Origin: Faecousia sp. | GTDB lineage: Bacteria; Bacillota; Clostridia; Oscillospirales; Oscillospiraceae | Length of the DNA: 42,226 nucleotides | Assembly: GCA_045661025.1 (NCBI GenBank) | Contig: JAZREX010000033.1 | Location: 1 to 42,226, forward strand | Direction: 5' to 3' | Shown here: positions 1 to 8,931 of the stretch, piece after piece | Layout: the number at the start of each line of letters is the position of its first letter | Numbering within the stretch: position 1 is the stretch's first letter | Notes under the pieces: model-generated | What the model was told of the DNA's origin: nothing | Databases searched by the model: none | The model's input: only the letters and a program-made list of their open reading frames with translations | Translations under genes and position numbers: made by a program

Positions 1-373
1 GGGGATCCATATTATAGGAATGGGGATCCAGATCTGCAAAGACAGGGATCGCATTCTGGTACAGGATGCCGATAAGGCTGCCCATATCGGTAATGGGCGA
101 AGTGATCACTTCATCGCCAGGACCCACACCAACGGCACCCAAGGCCACATGGATAGATGCCGTGCCGGAGCTGGTAGCCACGCAGTATTTGCTGCCGTAG
201 AGATCCGCGAATTTCGCTGTGAAGCGCTTGGTCATGTTTCCAAACCAATAGAAGAGGGTATTTTGCTCCAGCGCTTCTTCCAAATTGGCAAGTTCTTCTT
301 TTCCAAATCGTTTCCCTGTTCCGTAGGGCGTGGTTTTTACGGGTTTTCCGCCGTAGAGTGCCGGTTTTTCCAT
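1..373 (-). CDS. DegT/DnrJ/EryC1/StrS family PLP-dependent aminotransferase (5' part; runs off the window edge)
   Basis: Not in the ORF track. Hand translation from ATG at 373: MEKPALYGGKPV...YCVATSSGTASIHVALGAVGVGPGDEVITSPITDMGSLIGILYQNAIPVFADLDP, matching DegT-family motifs SGTxA, GPGDEVI and PVFAD. RBS AAGGAGG at 380-386. Confidence 0.93.
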   Translation of the reverse strand, partial: MEKPALYGGKPVKTTPYGTGKRFGKEELANLEEALEQNTLFYWFGNMTKRFTAKFADLYGSKYCVATSSGTASIHVALGAVGVGPGDEVITSPITDMGSLIGILYQNAIPVFADLDPHSYNMDP

Positions 374-405
374 AGGGAACCTCCTTGTTAAATGGTGTTG
401 CCCTC

Positions 406-467
406 ATTCTACCATGGAAAAAGCCGAAATGAAATGCACTCCGTTGCCGATATTTTGCACTGTGTTG
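406..467 (-). promoter_or_regulatory. Promoter of the aminotransferase (extended -10 TGgTAGAAT, poor -35) with tandem direct repeats, a likely AraC-family operator
   Basis: TAGAAT at 411-406. Repeats TGCACTccGTTG (435-446) and TGCACTgtGTTG (456-467) are 21 bp apart and abut the -35 position. Confidence 0.5.
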
Positions 468-517
468 AACCAAAAACACCAGATCTGTGCGGATTTTGGT
501 CAACATAGAGCCATCGC

Positions 518-1315
518 TTATCGTTGTTGGCTGGGTTTTTTGCCGTAATGCTTTTTGTAGCTTCGGGAAAAATAGCTGACAGATTCAAATCCGCAGGCTT
601 CCGCGATGTGCGCTACCGTGCGATCGCTGTTGCGAAGGAGCGCGTGGGCGATCTTAAGCCGATACTCGCTCAGGTAGGCCATGGCAGATTTCCCTGTGAC
701 GGCTCGGAAGCTGCGGCAGAAATAGCTTTTGCTGACATTGCACAGCTGTGAAAGCTGCTGAACGGTCACCGGTTCCCCGAAATGATCCCGAATACACCGA
801 AGCGCCGGTTCGATGAGCCGATAAACCCGCAGATCATCCTTTCGCCTGCCTGCGCTATCCTCTGTAAAACCTTTCCGCAGCAGGATCGCAAAAAGCTCCA
901 GCACAAGACCCCGGACGACCAGCTCGTAAGCCTCTTCCTTTTCCGTATATTCCCTCACGATCTCATGGATGATGCCATATAACCGCTGATCTTTTCTGTG
1001 CAGAGTGATAAAGGTGCGACCGTTATGGATCAATTGGGTCTGCAGCTCCGGAAGCTCCGGCGGCAGCATCAGCAGATGGTAGCGGCCGTTGTCTTCGTCA
1101 GCGCCGGTACGGATGGTGGTGTGGAAAGCATAGGGGTTTATTACCACAATATCGCCGGATTGCACATCCATGATCTGATCCTCGATCATGAGGGTGGCGC
1201 TGCCGGAATAAAAGCATTTGATCTCAATCTCCTCGTGGAGGGCCTTGCTGTCCCTTTCCACCCCGAACACCCGGGATTGACAGCTGGGACAAACCACAAC
1301 ATTCAGATCCTGCAT
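518..1315 (-). CDS. AraC family transcriptional regulator (cupin N-domain plus double HTH)
   Basis: HEEIEI...GDIVVINPYAFH cupin motif. C-terminal LSQLCNVSKSYFCRSF...IAEACGFESVSYFSRSYKK. RBS AGGAGGTG upstream. Confidence 0.95.
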   Translation of the reverse strand: MQDLNVVVCPSCQSRVFGVERDSKALHEEIEIKCFYSGSATLMIEDQIMDVQSGDIVVINPYAFHTTIRTGADEDNGRYHLLMLPPELPELQTQLIHNGRTFITLHRKDQRLYGIIHEIVREYTEKEEAYELVVRGLVLELFAILLRKGFTEDSAGRRKDDLRVYRLIEPALRCIRDHFGEPVTVQQLSQLCNVSKSYFCRSFRAVTGKSAMAYLSEYRLKIAHALLRNSDRTVAHIAEACGFESVSYFSRSYKKHYGKKPSQQR

Positions 1316-1348
1316 GCCGGATCACCACCTCCTACCGTATTTATTCAA

Positions 1349-1376
1349 ATTATAGCAAATGCCGCCTAAATTGCAA
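1349..1376 (-). promoter_or_regulatory. SigA-type promoter of the AraC gene
   Basis: TTGCAA-16 bp-TATAAT with extended TG on the minus strand. Confidence 0.6.
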
Positions 1377-1386
1377 GTCCCGGCAG

Positions 1387-1424
1387 AAAAAAGAGAGGCA
1401 CGTCTCCTATATGAGATGCGCCTC
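1387..1424 (-). terminator. Intrinsic terminator with no upstream minus-strand CDS
   Basis: Minus strand: GAGGCGCATCTC-6 nt loop-GAGACGTGCCTC followed by TCTTTTTT. Confidence 0.65.
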
Positions 1425-1573
1425 AAAACAACTTATCCGCGCCACTACTTCATTAGCAGGGGTAAGCGTTCCGTTAACGAATGCCTTCAATTGTAATCTA
1501 ATAGTTTTATGACTGCGGTTTTTGTTGACCTCTTGACATTCATTTCAAGAGGTTGGCGGTTTGATCTTGCTTG

Positions 1574-1625
1574 TATCCACCAATTAGCTTGGAAATGCGA
1601 AGATTCCGAAGCTTATTGGTGGATA
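1574..1625. repeat. Long imperfect inverted repeat (about 23-bp arms)
   Basis: TATCCACCAATTAGCTTGGAAAT ... ATTCCGAAGCTTATTGGTGGATA. Confidence 0.8.
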
Positions 1626-1642
1626 TTTAAAAATGATAATAG

Positions 1643-1671
1643 TTGTGCTTATTGCATACTGGTGCTATAAT
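1643..1671 (+). promoter_or_regulatory. SigA-type promoter for the EamA cluster
   Basis: TTGTGC-17 bp-TATAAT with extended TG. Confidence 0.5.
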
Positions 1672-1702
1672 AAAGCTAATTTGTAGGCTTGGAAGGTAAG
1701 AA

Positions 1703-2590
1703 ATGAAATACATAGAAAAATATCCCATGATTATGATCATTGCCGGCATTTTGGGAATCTCCCTCTCTGCCATTTTTGTCAGACTTTCTCAGGCGCCATC
1801 GGTGGTGGTCGCAGCTTGCCGATTGCTTTGGACAGTGCTGCTGTTATCTCCTGTGGTCTGGGGAAGAGGAAACAGCAGAAAAGAACTGTTGAGCTTGTCA
1901 CCCAAACAGGTTGTGCTTTGCGTTGTAAGCGGTGTATTTTTGGCGATCCATTTTGCCTTATGGTTTGAATCTTTGAAGCAGACTTCGGTAGCCAGTTCTA
2001 CGGCCATCGTCTGTACGGAGGTTGTCTGGGTTGCCGTTGGTTACCGGCTGTTTATGAGGGGGATCACCACGAAGAAAGCGTGGCTTTGTATTGCGCTTGC
2101 ACTTGGAGGAAGTTTCTTGATTGCTTTTTCTGATGCCACAGGCCAGGGTGGGCATTTATATGGGGATATTCTTTCTCTGCTTTCTGCCATGGCGGTTGCG
2201 GTGTACACTCTGCTGGGCAGAGCCGGTCGAAAAACCATGACCACTACGGTCTACACATATGTGGTGTATGTGGCTTGTGCAATCACACTGATTTTCTTTG
2301 CCGCTGTGCAGCAGTATTCTGTCCAGGCGTTTGAACCCAGCGCGATTTTGGTGGGTTTCTTTCTGGCAGTATTTTCTACGATTTTAGGCCACAGCATTTT
2401 CAGTTGGTGTCTGAAATATTTTTCTCCGTCTTTTATTTCTGCTTCAAAACTGTGCGAACCCATTGTGGCGGCAGTAGTTGCAGCTGTGTTATTTCAGGAG
2501 ATACCGACAGTTTTGCAGGTGGTCGGTGGTGCAATCGTAATTACCGGGGTCTTTTTGTACTCTTGTCAGGAGCGAAAAACGCAAGGGTAA
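1703..2590 (+). CDS. DMT/EamA family transporter
   Basis: About 10 TM helices in two repeats. Motifs SGVFLAIHFALWFESLKQTSVASS, GDILSL, LCEPIVA. Confidence 0.92.
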   Translation: MKYIEKYPMIMIIAGILGISLSAIFVRLSQAPSVVVAACRLLWTVLLLSPVVWGRGNSRKELLSLSPKQVVLCVVSGVFLAIHFALWFESLKQTSVASSTAIVCTEVVWVAVGYRLFMRGITTKKAWLCIALALGGSFLIAFSDATGQGGHLYGDILSLLSAMAVAVYTLLGRAGRKTMTTTVYTYVVYVACAITLIFFAAVQQYSVQAFEPSAILVGFFLAVFSTILGHSIFSWCLKYFSPSFISASKLCEPIVAAVVAAVLFQEIPTVLQVVGGAIVITGVFLYSCQERKTQG

Positions 2591-2635
2591 CTATGATGAA
2601 ATTTAGCAAGATGCATAGGGAAAGGGCGTGAGAAG

Positions 2636-4000
2636 GTGCAACAGAAAATAAGCTTGACCACGGGCTCTATCTGGAAAGGTATGCTGTGGTTTGCGTTTCC
2701 TATTTTTTTAGGCAATGTGTTTCAGCAATTTTATAACGCCTTTGATTCCTGGGTCGTGGGACGGTTTCTGGGGGATAAGGCGCTGGCAGCAGTAGCATCC
2801 TCCGGAAATCTGATCTTTATGATGACCGGCTTTTTCATGGGCGTGGCCATGGGTGCAGGTGTGATCATTGCCCAGTGCTACGGTGCTCGGGATTATGATA
2901 CTATGAACCGGGCCATTCATACCAATCTGGTATTCGGCGTGGTTGCCGGCGTGGTACTGACAGTGTTTGGCATTTGGTTTACCCCTACGATCTTACAGTG
3001 GATGGGTACGCCGGAAGATGTACTGCCCCAATCTATCATCTATTTCCGTTTCTATTTTTGCGGCGCAATCTTTCATGTGATGTATAATGTGTTTGTGGGC
3101 ATTCTCCACGGCGTGGGAGACAGTAAGCATCCGCTGTATTATTTGATGATCGCAACGGTTGTCAATGTGATACTGGATTTGTTGTTTGTTGGCGTTTTTT
3201 CTTGGGGCGTGGGTTCTGCAGCGATTGCTACAGTGATAGCCCAGGGTGTCAGCGCGGTTCTGTGCGGTGTGCATTTATGCCGGGTAAAAGAAACGCCTTA
3301 CCGCTTGAACATCAAAAAGATTAAGCCGGATATGCAGAGCCTGCGGGGGATCGTTCGTTACGGACTACCCTCCGGTGTGCAGAATTCTGTGATCGCGCTG
3401 GCCAATGTGGTGGTCCAGTCCAGCATCAATTCCTTTGGCTCCGGAGCGATGGCAGGTTGTGGGACTTATTCCAAGATCGAGGGATTTGCATTCCTGCCGG
3501 TAACTTGCTTTACTATGGCTCTTTCTACCTTTGTGGGACAAAACTTGGGAGCTGGCAAGCAATACCGGGTAAAAAGGGGAATTGCTTTTGGTGTGATTTG
3601 TTCCGTGGTTACGGCAGAGCTGATCGGTATTTTCAGTTATCTGTTTGCGCCCCAACTGATTCGGTTTTTTAATGACAGCCCGGAAGTGTTGGATTACGGC
3701 GTGCGGCATATGCGCACGATTTGTTTATTTTACTGTTTGCTGGCGTTGTCCCATTGTATGGCGGGGGTGATGCGAGGCGCAGGAAAGGCATCTGTTCCTA
3801 TGTACACAATGCTGCTTTGTTGGTGCGTTATTCGGGTCAGCTATATCACTTTGATGCTGCCCAGGGTTCCCAGGTTGGAAACGGTGTCCTGGGCCTATCC
3901 GATTACCTGGACGCTTAGCAGTATCCTATTTCTGATTTATTTTGTAAAAGGAAACTGGATGCAAGGCTTTGCCAAGCAATATGAGGAGGAAGAAATATGA
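2636..4000 (+). CDS. MATE family efflux transporter
   Basis: GNVFQQFYNAFDSWVVGRFLGDKALAAV, GDSKHPLYYL, NVILD, FVGQNLGAG. 454 aa, GTG start. Confidence 0.95.
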   Translation: MQQKISLTTGSIWKGMLWFAFPIFLGNVFQQFYNAFDSWVVGRFLGDKALAAVASSGNLIFMMTGFFMGVAMGAGVIIAQCYGARDYDTMNRAIHTNLVFGVVAGVVLTVFGIWFTPTILQWMGTPEDVLPQSIIYFRFYFCGAIFHVMYNVFVGILHGVGDSKHPLYYLMIATVVNVILDLLFVGVFSWGVGSAAIATVIAQGVSAVLCGVHLCRVKETPYRLNIKKIKPDMQSLRGIVRYGLPSGVQNSVIALANVVVQSSINSFGSGAMAGCGTYSKIEGFAFLPVTCFTMALSTFVGQNLGAGKQYRVKRGIAFGVICSVVTAELIGIFSYLFAPQLIRFFNDSPEVLDYGVRHMRTICLFYCLLALSHCMAGVMRGAGKASVPMYTMLLCWCVIRVSYITLMLPRVPRLETVSWAYPITWTLSSILFLIYFVKGNWMQGFAKQYEEEEI

Positions 4001-5022
4001 TATCTTTTGAAAGTGACTATATTACCGGTGCGCACCCCAAGGTGTTGCAGCGGCTGTTGGAAACAAATTTAGAGCCATTGTCCGGCTATGGAGAGGACGC
4101 CTACTGTGCTTCCGCCCGGGAGAAGATCAAAGCGGCTTGTCAGTGTCCCCAAGCGGAAGTGCATTTTTTGGTGGGCGGCACCCAGACCAATGCGATTGTG
4201 ATCGCCACGATGCTCCGGGATTATGAGGGGGTCATTTCTGCCACCACCGGCCACATCCACGCCCACGAATCCGGCGCGGTGGAGTATGCCGGACATAAAA
4301 TTCTGGCGCTTCCTCACAATGAGGGTAAGCTAGAAGCTTCCACAGTGCGGCAGTATCTGCAAAACTTCTACCAGGATGAATCCCGGGAGCATATGGTGTA
4401 TCCCGGTATGGTGTATATCTCCCATCCTACCGAATACGGAACCCTTTACAGTAAGCAGGAATTAACTGCGCTGTCTCAGGTTTGCCGGGAATATCAGATT
4501 CCGTTGTTTATTGACGGCGCCCGGTTGGCCTACGGCCTGATGAGCCGCCAGGCAGATCTGACATTGCCGGAATTGGCAGAGCTTTGCGATGTGTTTTATA
4601 TCGGTGGCACCAAGGCCGGTGCGCTGTGCGGTGAGGCGGTGGTGTTTACCAAAGGAAATGCCCCTGCCCACTTTGTCAACCGGATCAAAAAGCGTGGCGC
4701 CCTACTGGCCAAGGGTCGGCTGCTGGGGGTACAGTTTGATGCGCTGTTTACAGACGAATTGTACTTTGAGATCGGCCGCCATGTAATCGATATGGCCGAG
4801 AAGTTAAAGGCAATCTTCCTGGAGAAGGGATATGCTTTATACTTAGATTCTCCCACCAATCAGCAGTTTGTGGTATTGGACAGAAAGACCCTGGAACGGT
4901 TGCGCAATGATGTGGCTGTGACCTTGTGGGAGTGGGTGGATGATGACCACGCGGTGGTGCGTTTTGCCACGGCTTGGTCGACTACCCAGCAGGATCTGGA
5001 CACCTTAAAAGCATTATTATAA
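3997..5022 (+). CDS. ltaE: Low-specificity L-threonine aldolase
   Basis: FESDY, GGTQTN, HIHAHESGA, DGARL, YIGGTKAGALCGEA (PLP lysine). Confidence 0.88.
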   Translation: MISFESDYITGAHPKVLQRLLETNLEPLSGYGEDAYCASAREKIKAACQCPQAEVHFLVGGTQTNAIVIATMLRDYEGVISATTGHIHAHESGAVEYAGHKILALPHNEGKLEASTVRQYLQNFYQDESREHMVYPGMVYISHPTEYGTLYSKQELTALSQVCREYQIPLFIDGARLAYGLMSRQADLTLPELAELCDVFYIGGTKAGALCGEAVVFTKGNAPAHFVNRIKKRGALLAKGRLLGVQFDALFTDELYFEIGRHVIDMAEKLKAIFLEKGYALYLDSPTNQQFVVLDRKTLERLRNDVAVTLWEWVDDDHAVVRFATAWSTTQQDLDTLKALL

Positions 5023-5042
5023 AAACCACTGAGGTATGAAAG

Positions 5043-6056
5043 ATGAAACGAATCCTTGCGATTCTTTTGGCAATGGTGTTGTGCCTTTCCGGTTGCGCTA
5101 TTTTCCCTAAGCAACAGTATAGCGTTACCTATCTTGATTTGTTTGATACGGTAACCACCATTACCGGCGCTGCGGATAGCCAACAGGCATTCCAGGAACA
5201 GGCGCAACAGATCTACACCCAACTACAGTATTATCATCAGCTTTTTGATATCTACAATGCATATCCGGGCTTAAATAACCTGAAAACGGTCAATGACAAT
5301 GCAGGGGTTGCTCCGGTTCGGGTGGATGGAGAAATCATTGCGCTGCTGCAAGATTGCAAGTCGTATTATGAACTGACCCAGGGGCAAATGCATGTAGCCA
5401 TGGGAAGCGTTTTACAGCTGTGGCATCAAAGCCGCCAGGCGGCCCTGGCAGACCCGGAGCATGGAGCACTGCCGAAAGAGGATGCATTAAAAGAAGCTAT
5501 GCAGCATATGGATATGCAATCACTGGTGTTGGATGAAGCCAACTCCACCGTCTATCTTGCAGATTCCCAAATGTCCTTGGATGTAGGCGCGGTAGCAAAG
5601 GGTTGGGCGGCACAGCAAGTGGCCCAAAGCTTGCCTGAAGGGCTGCTCATCAGCATAGGCGGCAGCGTCTATGCCACAGGGGCAAAAGATCAAAAGGATA
5701 CACCCTGGGTCATTGGCATTGAAGATCCCGATGGGGGAGAATACCTGCATAAGCTTTCTTTGCGTGAGGGCAGCGTTGCCACCAGCGGAGATTATCAGCG
5801 CTATTTTACGGTGGATGGCGTGAATTATCATCACATTATTGATCCGGACACCGGGATGCCTTCTACCTATTGGCGCAGTGTCAGTGTAGTGTGCCAGGAT
5901 TCAGCGCTGGCAGATGTGTTGTCTACAGCTTTGTTTGTGCTACCATTGCAGCAGGGCAAGGAACTGGCCCGTCAGGCCCAGGCAGAGGTGATGTGGCTGG
6001 ATCATCAGGGTCAGCGCAACTATACAGATGGCTTTGAAAGCTTGATTTCTAAATAA
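5043..6056 (+). CDS. apbE: FAD:protein FMN transferase (ApbE family lipoprotein)
   Basis: Lipobox LSGC. Motifs LDVGAVAKG, VATSGDYQRYF, YHHIIDPDTG, ADVLSTALF. Confidence 0.93.
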   Translation: MKRILAILLAMVLCLSGCAIFPKQQYSVTYLDLFDTVTTITGAADSQQAFQEQAQQIYTQLQYYHQLFDIYNAYPGLNNLKTVNDNAGVAPVRVDGEIIALLQDCKSYYELTQGQMHVAMGSVLQLWHQSRQAALADPEHGALPKEDALKEAMQHMDMQSLVLDEANSTVYLADSQMSLDVGAVAKGWAAQQVAQSLPEGLLISIGGSVYATGAKDQKDTPWVIGIEDPDGGEYLHKLSLREGSVATSGDYQRYFTVDGVNYHHIIDPDTGMPSTYWRSVSVVCQDSALADVLSTALFVLPLQQGKELARQAQAEVMWLDHQGQRNYTDGFESLISK

Positions 6057-6058
6057 AG

Positions 6059-6093
6059 AAAACCGCCTGTGAATATTTCACAGGCGGTTTTTT
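6059..6093. terminator. Bidirectional intrinsic terminator
   Basis: AAAACCGCCTGTGAA-tat-TTCACAGGCGGTTTT between convergent genes. Confidence 0.85.
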
Positions 6094-7264
6094 ATGTTGT
6101 GGTAAGCATCTGCATGTATTCTTCCATACACAGTCCCAGCTGCGCCAACTCTTGCGCCAGCTCAGTGCCAACATAGCGGAAGTGCCAGGGTTCATAAATG
6201 ATTCCGGTGATATCCTTTTTGTTATCGGGATAGCGCATAATAAAACCGTATTCGTGGCAGTGACTGTTTAACCAGGCATACATACCATCCGTACCCAGAA
6301 TATCCACCGCCAATCCCAGATTATGCTCACTGGCGGCGGGCAGGGCCAGACTTTCTCCAATCAAGGCGACAGCATCTTCGTAGGTCATGCCTTTGTTTGT
6401 CCACATTTTGATGCGGACATCCCACATTTCCTGCTGGGTTTCTACCGAGCGGTAGGTGTTGTTGATCTCACAAACATAGCCTGCTGCCCGGCAGTCGTCC
6501 ATCATCTGCTGCAGGGCATCTTTACAACTGCTGTCAATCAAAAAACCTTCGATTTCCACCAGATCACAGGTGTAATCTTCCGGCATCAGATGCCAGGGGT
6601 TTACCAAAACGACATACTTACCTTTGGAGGTGAAGAAATGGGAGGTTTCGTCGATCACCACTTCACCCACAGCCATTGTGCCGTCTTCGTGGAAATAATA
6701 GCGGTCAGACCATTCTTCCAGCCAGCCTAGGTGCATAGTTCCATCGGGGTCAAAATAATACTGTTTTCCGTCTACGGTTTGCCAGCCGGATTGCATGATA
6801 CCGTCAGAAGAGAAATAGTAGCGGTGATCTTCAATGGCTTGCAAGCCGGTGGCCATCGCACCATCTGCGAGGAAATAATACTGAATATCTTCCAGGGTTT
6901 TCCATCCGGTGTAAACTGCGCCGCTCTTTTCTAGATAATAGCGTTTGTCTTGGATCGTTTGCCAGCCGGAGCAGGTAGCCCCGGTGGGGTCTAAGAAATA
7001 TCGTTGGTTGCCCCATTCCAGCCAGCCTGTGACAAGGCTGCCGGTTTCGGGATCAAAGTAATAGTTTTTTTCACCAATGGTTTGCCAGCCGGTTTTTGGG
7101 ATGCCGAAATTACCAAGATACCGGGTAGTGCCTTCTTGGCGAGCCCAACCGGGCTCTGCAAAAACGTCTATACCTGACAAAAAGTATAAGATTAGACAGC
7201 CACATACTAGCACAGTAGCAAGACCGATGAACAGCCACCGCAGGTAGGGCGTTTTTATTTTCAT
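6092..7264 (-). CDS. M15B (VanY-like) D-Ala-D-Ala carboxypeptidase with N-terminal membrane anchor and choline-binding-type cell-wall repeats
   Basis: Start moved to MKIKTPYLRW (ATG 7264). Several GWQTI..KxYYF..G.M.TG repeats. Zn-peptidase motifs SEHNLGLAVD and EPWH. Confidence 0.9.
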   Translation of the reverse strand: MKIKTPYLRWLFIGLATVLVCGCLILYFLSGIDVFAEPGWARQEGTTRYLGNFGIPKTGWQTIGEKNYYFDPETGSLVTGWLEWGNQRYFLDPTGATCSGWQTIQDKRYYLEKSGAVYTGWKTLEDIQYYFLADGAMATGLQAIEDHRYYFSSDGIMQSGWQTVDGKQYYFDPDGTMHLGWLEEWSDRYYFHEDGTMAVGEVVIDETSHFFTSKGKYVVLVNPWHLMPEDYTCDLVEIEGFLIDSSCKDALQQMMDDCRAAGYVCEINNTYRSVETQQEMWDVRIKMWTNKGMTYEDAVALIGESLALPAASEHNLGLAVDILGTDGMYAWLNSHCHEYGFIMRYPDNKKDITGIIYEPWHFRYVGTELAQELAQLGLCMEEYMQMLTTT

Positions 7265-7325
7265 AAGTATCGCCTCGATTCTAAGGCTATTATAACGGAT
7301 AACCCTTGCAAAAACAAGTAAAATC

Positions 7326-7353
7326 CCCGCCCGGGAAAAATTACCTGGGCGGG
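7326..7353 (-). terminator. Probable glyA terminator
   Basis: GC-rich hairpin CCCGCCCAGG/CCCGGGCGGG followed by GATTTT. Confidence 0.6.
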
Positions 7354-7362
7354 AAAGGGAGA

Positions 7363-8616
7363 TCAAACATACATGGGGAACTTGTTGCAAATGTCTGCAA
7401 CGGTGGCCTTGACTTCTTCGGTAGTGCCTTCAAAGTCCTTGGCGGTCAGAGCGATGCAATGGGCGATTTGCTTCATCTCATTTTCACCTAAGCCACGGGT
7501 GGTAACAGCGGCAGTGCCGATACGCACACCGCTGGTGATAGAAGGTTTCTCCGGGTCGCCAGGGATCGCGTTCTTGTTCAAGGTAATGTGGTTTAAATCG
7601 CATTTGGCCTGCAGATCCTTTCCGGTAGTACCCATAGGACGCAGGTCAGCCAGCATCAGGTGATTGTCGGTGCCACCGGTGATCAGGTCAAAGCCTTCCT
7701 CCAGCAGTGCAGCGGCCATAGTCTTGGCGTTTTTCACTACATTGGCGGCATAGGTCTTAAACTCCGGCTTCATGGCCTCTCCTAAGCAGACAGCCTTGGC
7801 GGCGATGATGTGCTCCAAAGGACCGCCCTGAGTGCCGGGGAACACACCGGAATTCAGCTTCTTGGCATATTCCTCTTTTGCCAGGATTAAGCGGCCTCTG
7901 GGGCCACGGAGGGTCTTGTGAGTGGTGGTAGTGACAATGTCAGCGTAGGGCACAGGGTTCTGGTGAGCGCCGCCTGCCACAAGACCGGCAATATGTGCCA
8001 TATCCACCATAAGAATTGCCCCTACTTCATGGGCAATATCAGCAAAGATCTTGAAATCGATAGCCCGGGGGTAAGCAGAAGCGCCGGCAATGATCAGCTT
8101 GGGCTGGTTCGTCTTTGCCATATCACGGATCTGGTTGTAGTCGATCAGTCCTGTTTCATGGTTCACATCATAGGACACCACATTGTAGTATTTGCCGGAG
8201 ATGTTGGCAGGGCTGCCATGGGACAGGTGGCCGCCGTTGGCCAGGCTCATACCCATCATGGTATCGCCGGGCTGCAGCAGGGCAAGCTGAACCGCCATAT
8301 TGGCCTGGGCGCCGGAGTGGGGCTGGACATTGGCAAATTCTGCGCCAAACAGATCCTTTGCCCGTTGAATACATAAGCTTTCCAGTTCGTCCACATATTG
8401 GCAGCCGCCGTAGTAACGCTTGCCGGGCAGACCCTCGGCATATTTGTTGGTTAAGACAGAACCCATAGCCGCGATAACAGCAGGGGAGGCAAAGTTCTCC
8501 GAGGCGATCAGCTCCAGGCCGTCTTTTTGCCGGGAAAATTCCCGATCCATCATGGCAGCGACCTCCGGGTCAAAGCCAGCAACAAATCCAATAGAATCCA
8601 TAGGTTTTGCGTACAT
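7363..8616 (-). CDS. glyA: Serine hydroxymethyltransferase
   Basis: [38 protein letters not shown]. Start moved to MYAKP (ATG 8616) because the longer ORF runs through the riboswitch. Confidence 0.97.
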   Translation of the reverse strand: MYAKPMDSIGFVAGFDPEVAAMMDREFSRQKDGLELIASENFASPAVIAAMGSVLTNKYAEGLPGKRYYGGCQYVDELESLCIQRAKDLFGAEFANVQPHSGAQANMAVQLALLQPGDTMMGMSLANGGHLSHGSPANISGKYYNVVSYDVNHETGLIDYNQIRDMAKTNQPKLIIAGASAYPRAIDFKIFADIAHEVGAILMVDMAHIAGLVAGGAHQNPVPYADIVTTTTHKTLRGPRGRLILAKEEYAKKLNSGVFPGTQGGPLEHIIAAKAVCLGEAMKPEFKTYAANVVKNAKTMAAALLEEGFDLITGGTDNHLMLADLRPMGTTGKDLQAKCDLNHITLNKNAIPGDPEKPSITSGVRIGTAAVTTRGLGENEMKQIAHCIALTAKDFEGTTEEVKATVADICNKFPMYV

Positions 8617-8649
8617 TTTCAAGTCCTTCTTTCTTTTATTTCTTACAAC

Positions 8650-8680
8650 AAAAAGGCAGTCCTTATGATAAGGACTGCCT
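8650..8680 (-). terminator. Riboswitch expression-platform terminator
   Basis: AGGCAGTCCTT-atcat-AAGGACTGCC-TTTTT between the aptamers and glyA. Confidence 0.88.
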
Positions 8681-8708
8681 GAAATGGGTGCGAGCATGGG
8701 TTTCGCAT

Positions 8709-8876
8709 CTCCGTCCGTTTGCCTGAGAGATTCGGCTTTCGCCTTGCACCTTCGGCACACAACTGAATGTGTTCTCCAGAGAGTCCTCTGCTACCGGTCT
8801 TACACCCAGATGGTGTACCTGAGACTGTTAATCCTTCGGTGGGCAAATGCCGCTTTCCCGGAAAAGCTTCATAGGA
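8709..8876 (-). ncRNA. Tandem glycine riboswitch
   Basis: Aptamer 1: CCGGGAAAG...CACCGAAGGA...TCTCAGG...GACCGG. Aptamer 2: CTCTGGAGA...GCCGAAGGTGCAA...AATCTCTCAGGCAAACGGACGGAG. Lies upstream of glyA. Confidence 0.92.
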
Positions 8877-8895
8877 TATTTGATTGTATATTGAC

Positions 8896-8923
8896 AGTAT
8901 ACACACTTTCTTTCATTTGTCAA
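8896..8923 (-). promoter_or_regulatory. SigA promoter for riboswitch-glyA
   Basis: TTGACA-16 bp-TATACT on the minus strand. Confidence 0.7.
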
Positions 8924-8931
8924 CGGGAAAA

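Noticed and set aside
20-506. ORF-track calls 20..391(+) and 111..506(-)
   Set aside because: They overlap the real DegT-family frame (373 to <1), which has an RBS and family motifs.
1387-1625. Retron msr-msd or CRISPR array
   Set aside because: No RT or cas gene nearby, and no regularly spaced direct repeats.
6092-7264. Vancomycin-resistance vanY
   Set aside because: No van ligase or vanRS nearby. Housekeeping M15B peptidases are common.
7265-7390. 42-aa extension of the carboxypeptidase ORF
   Set aside because: Overlaps the glyA end, its terminator and the promoter region. ATG 7264 precedes the TM anchor.
8617-8760. 48-aa N-terminal extension of GlyA
   Set aside because: Runs through the glycine riboswitch and terminator. 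The RBS supports ATG 8616.
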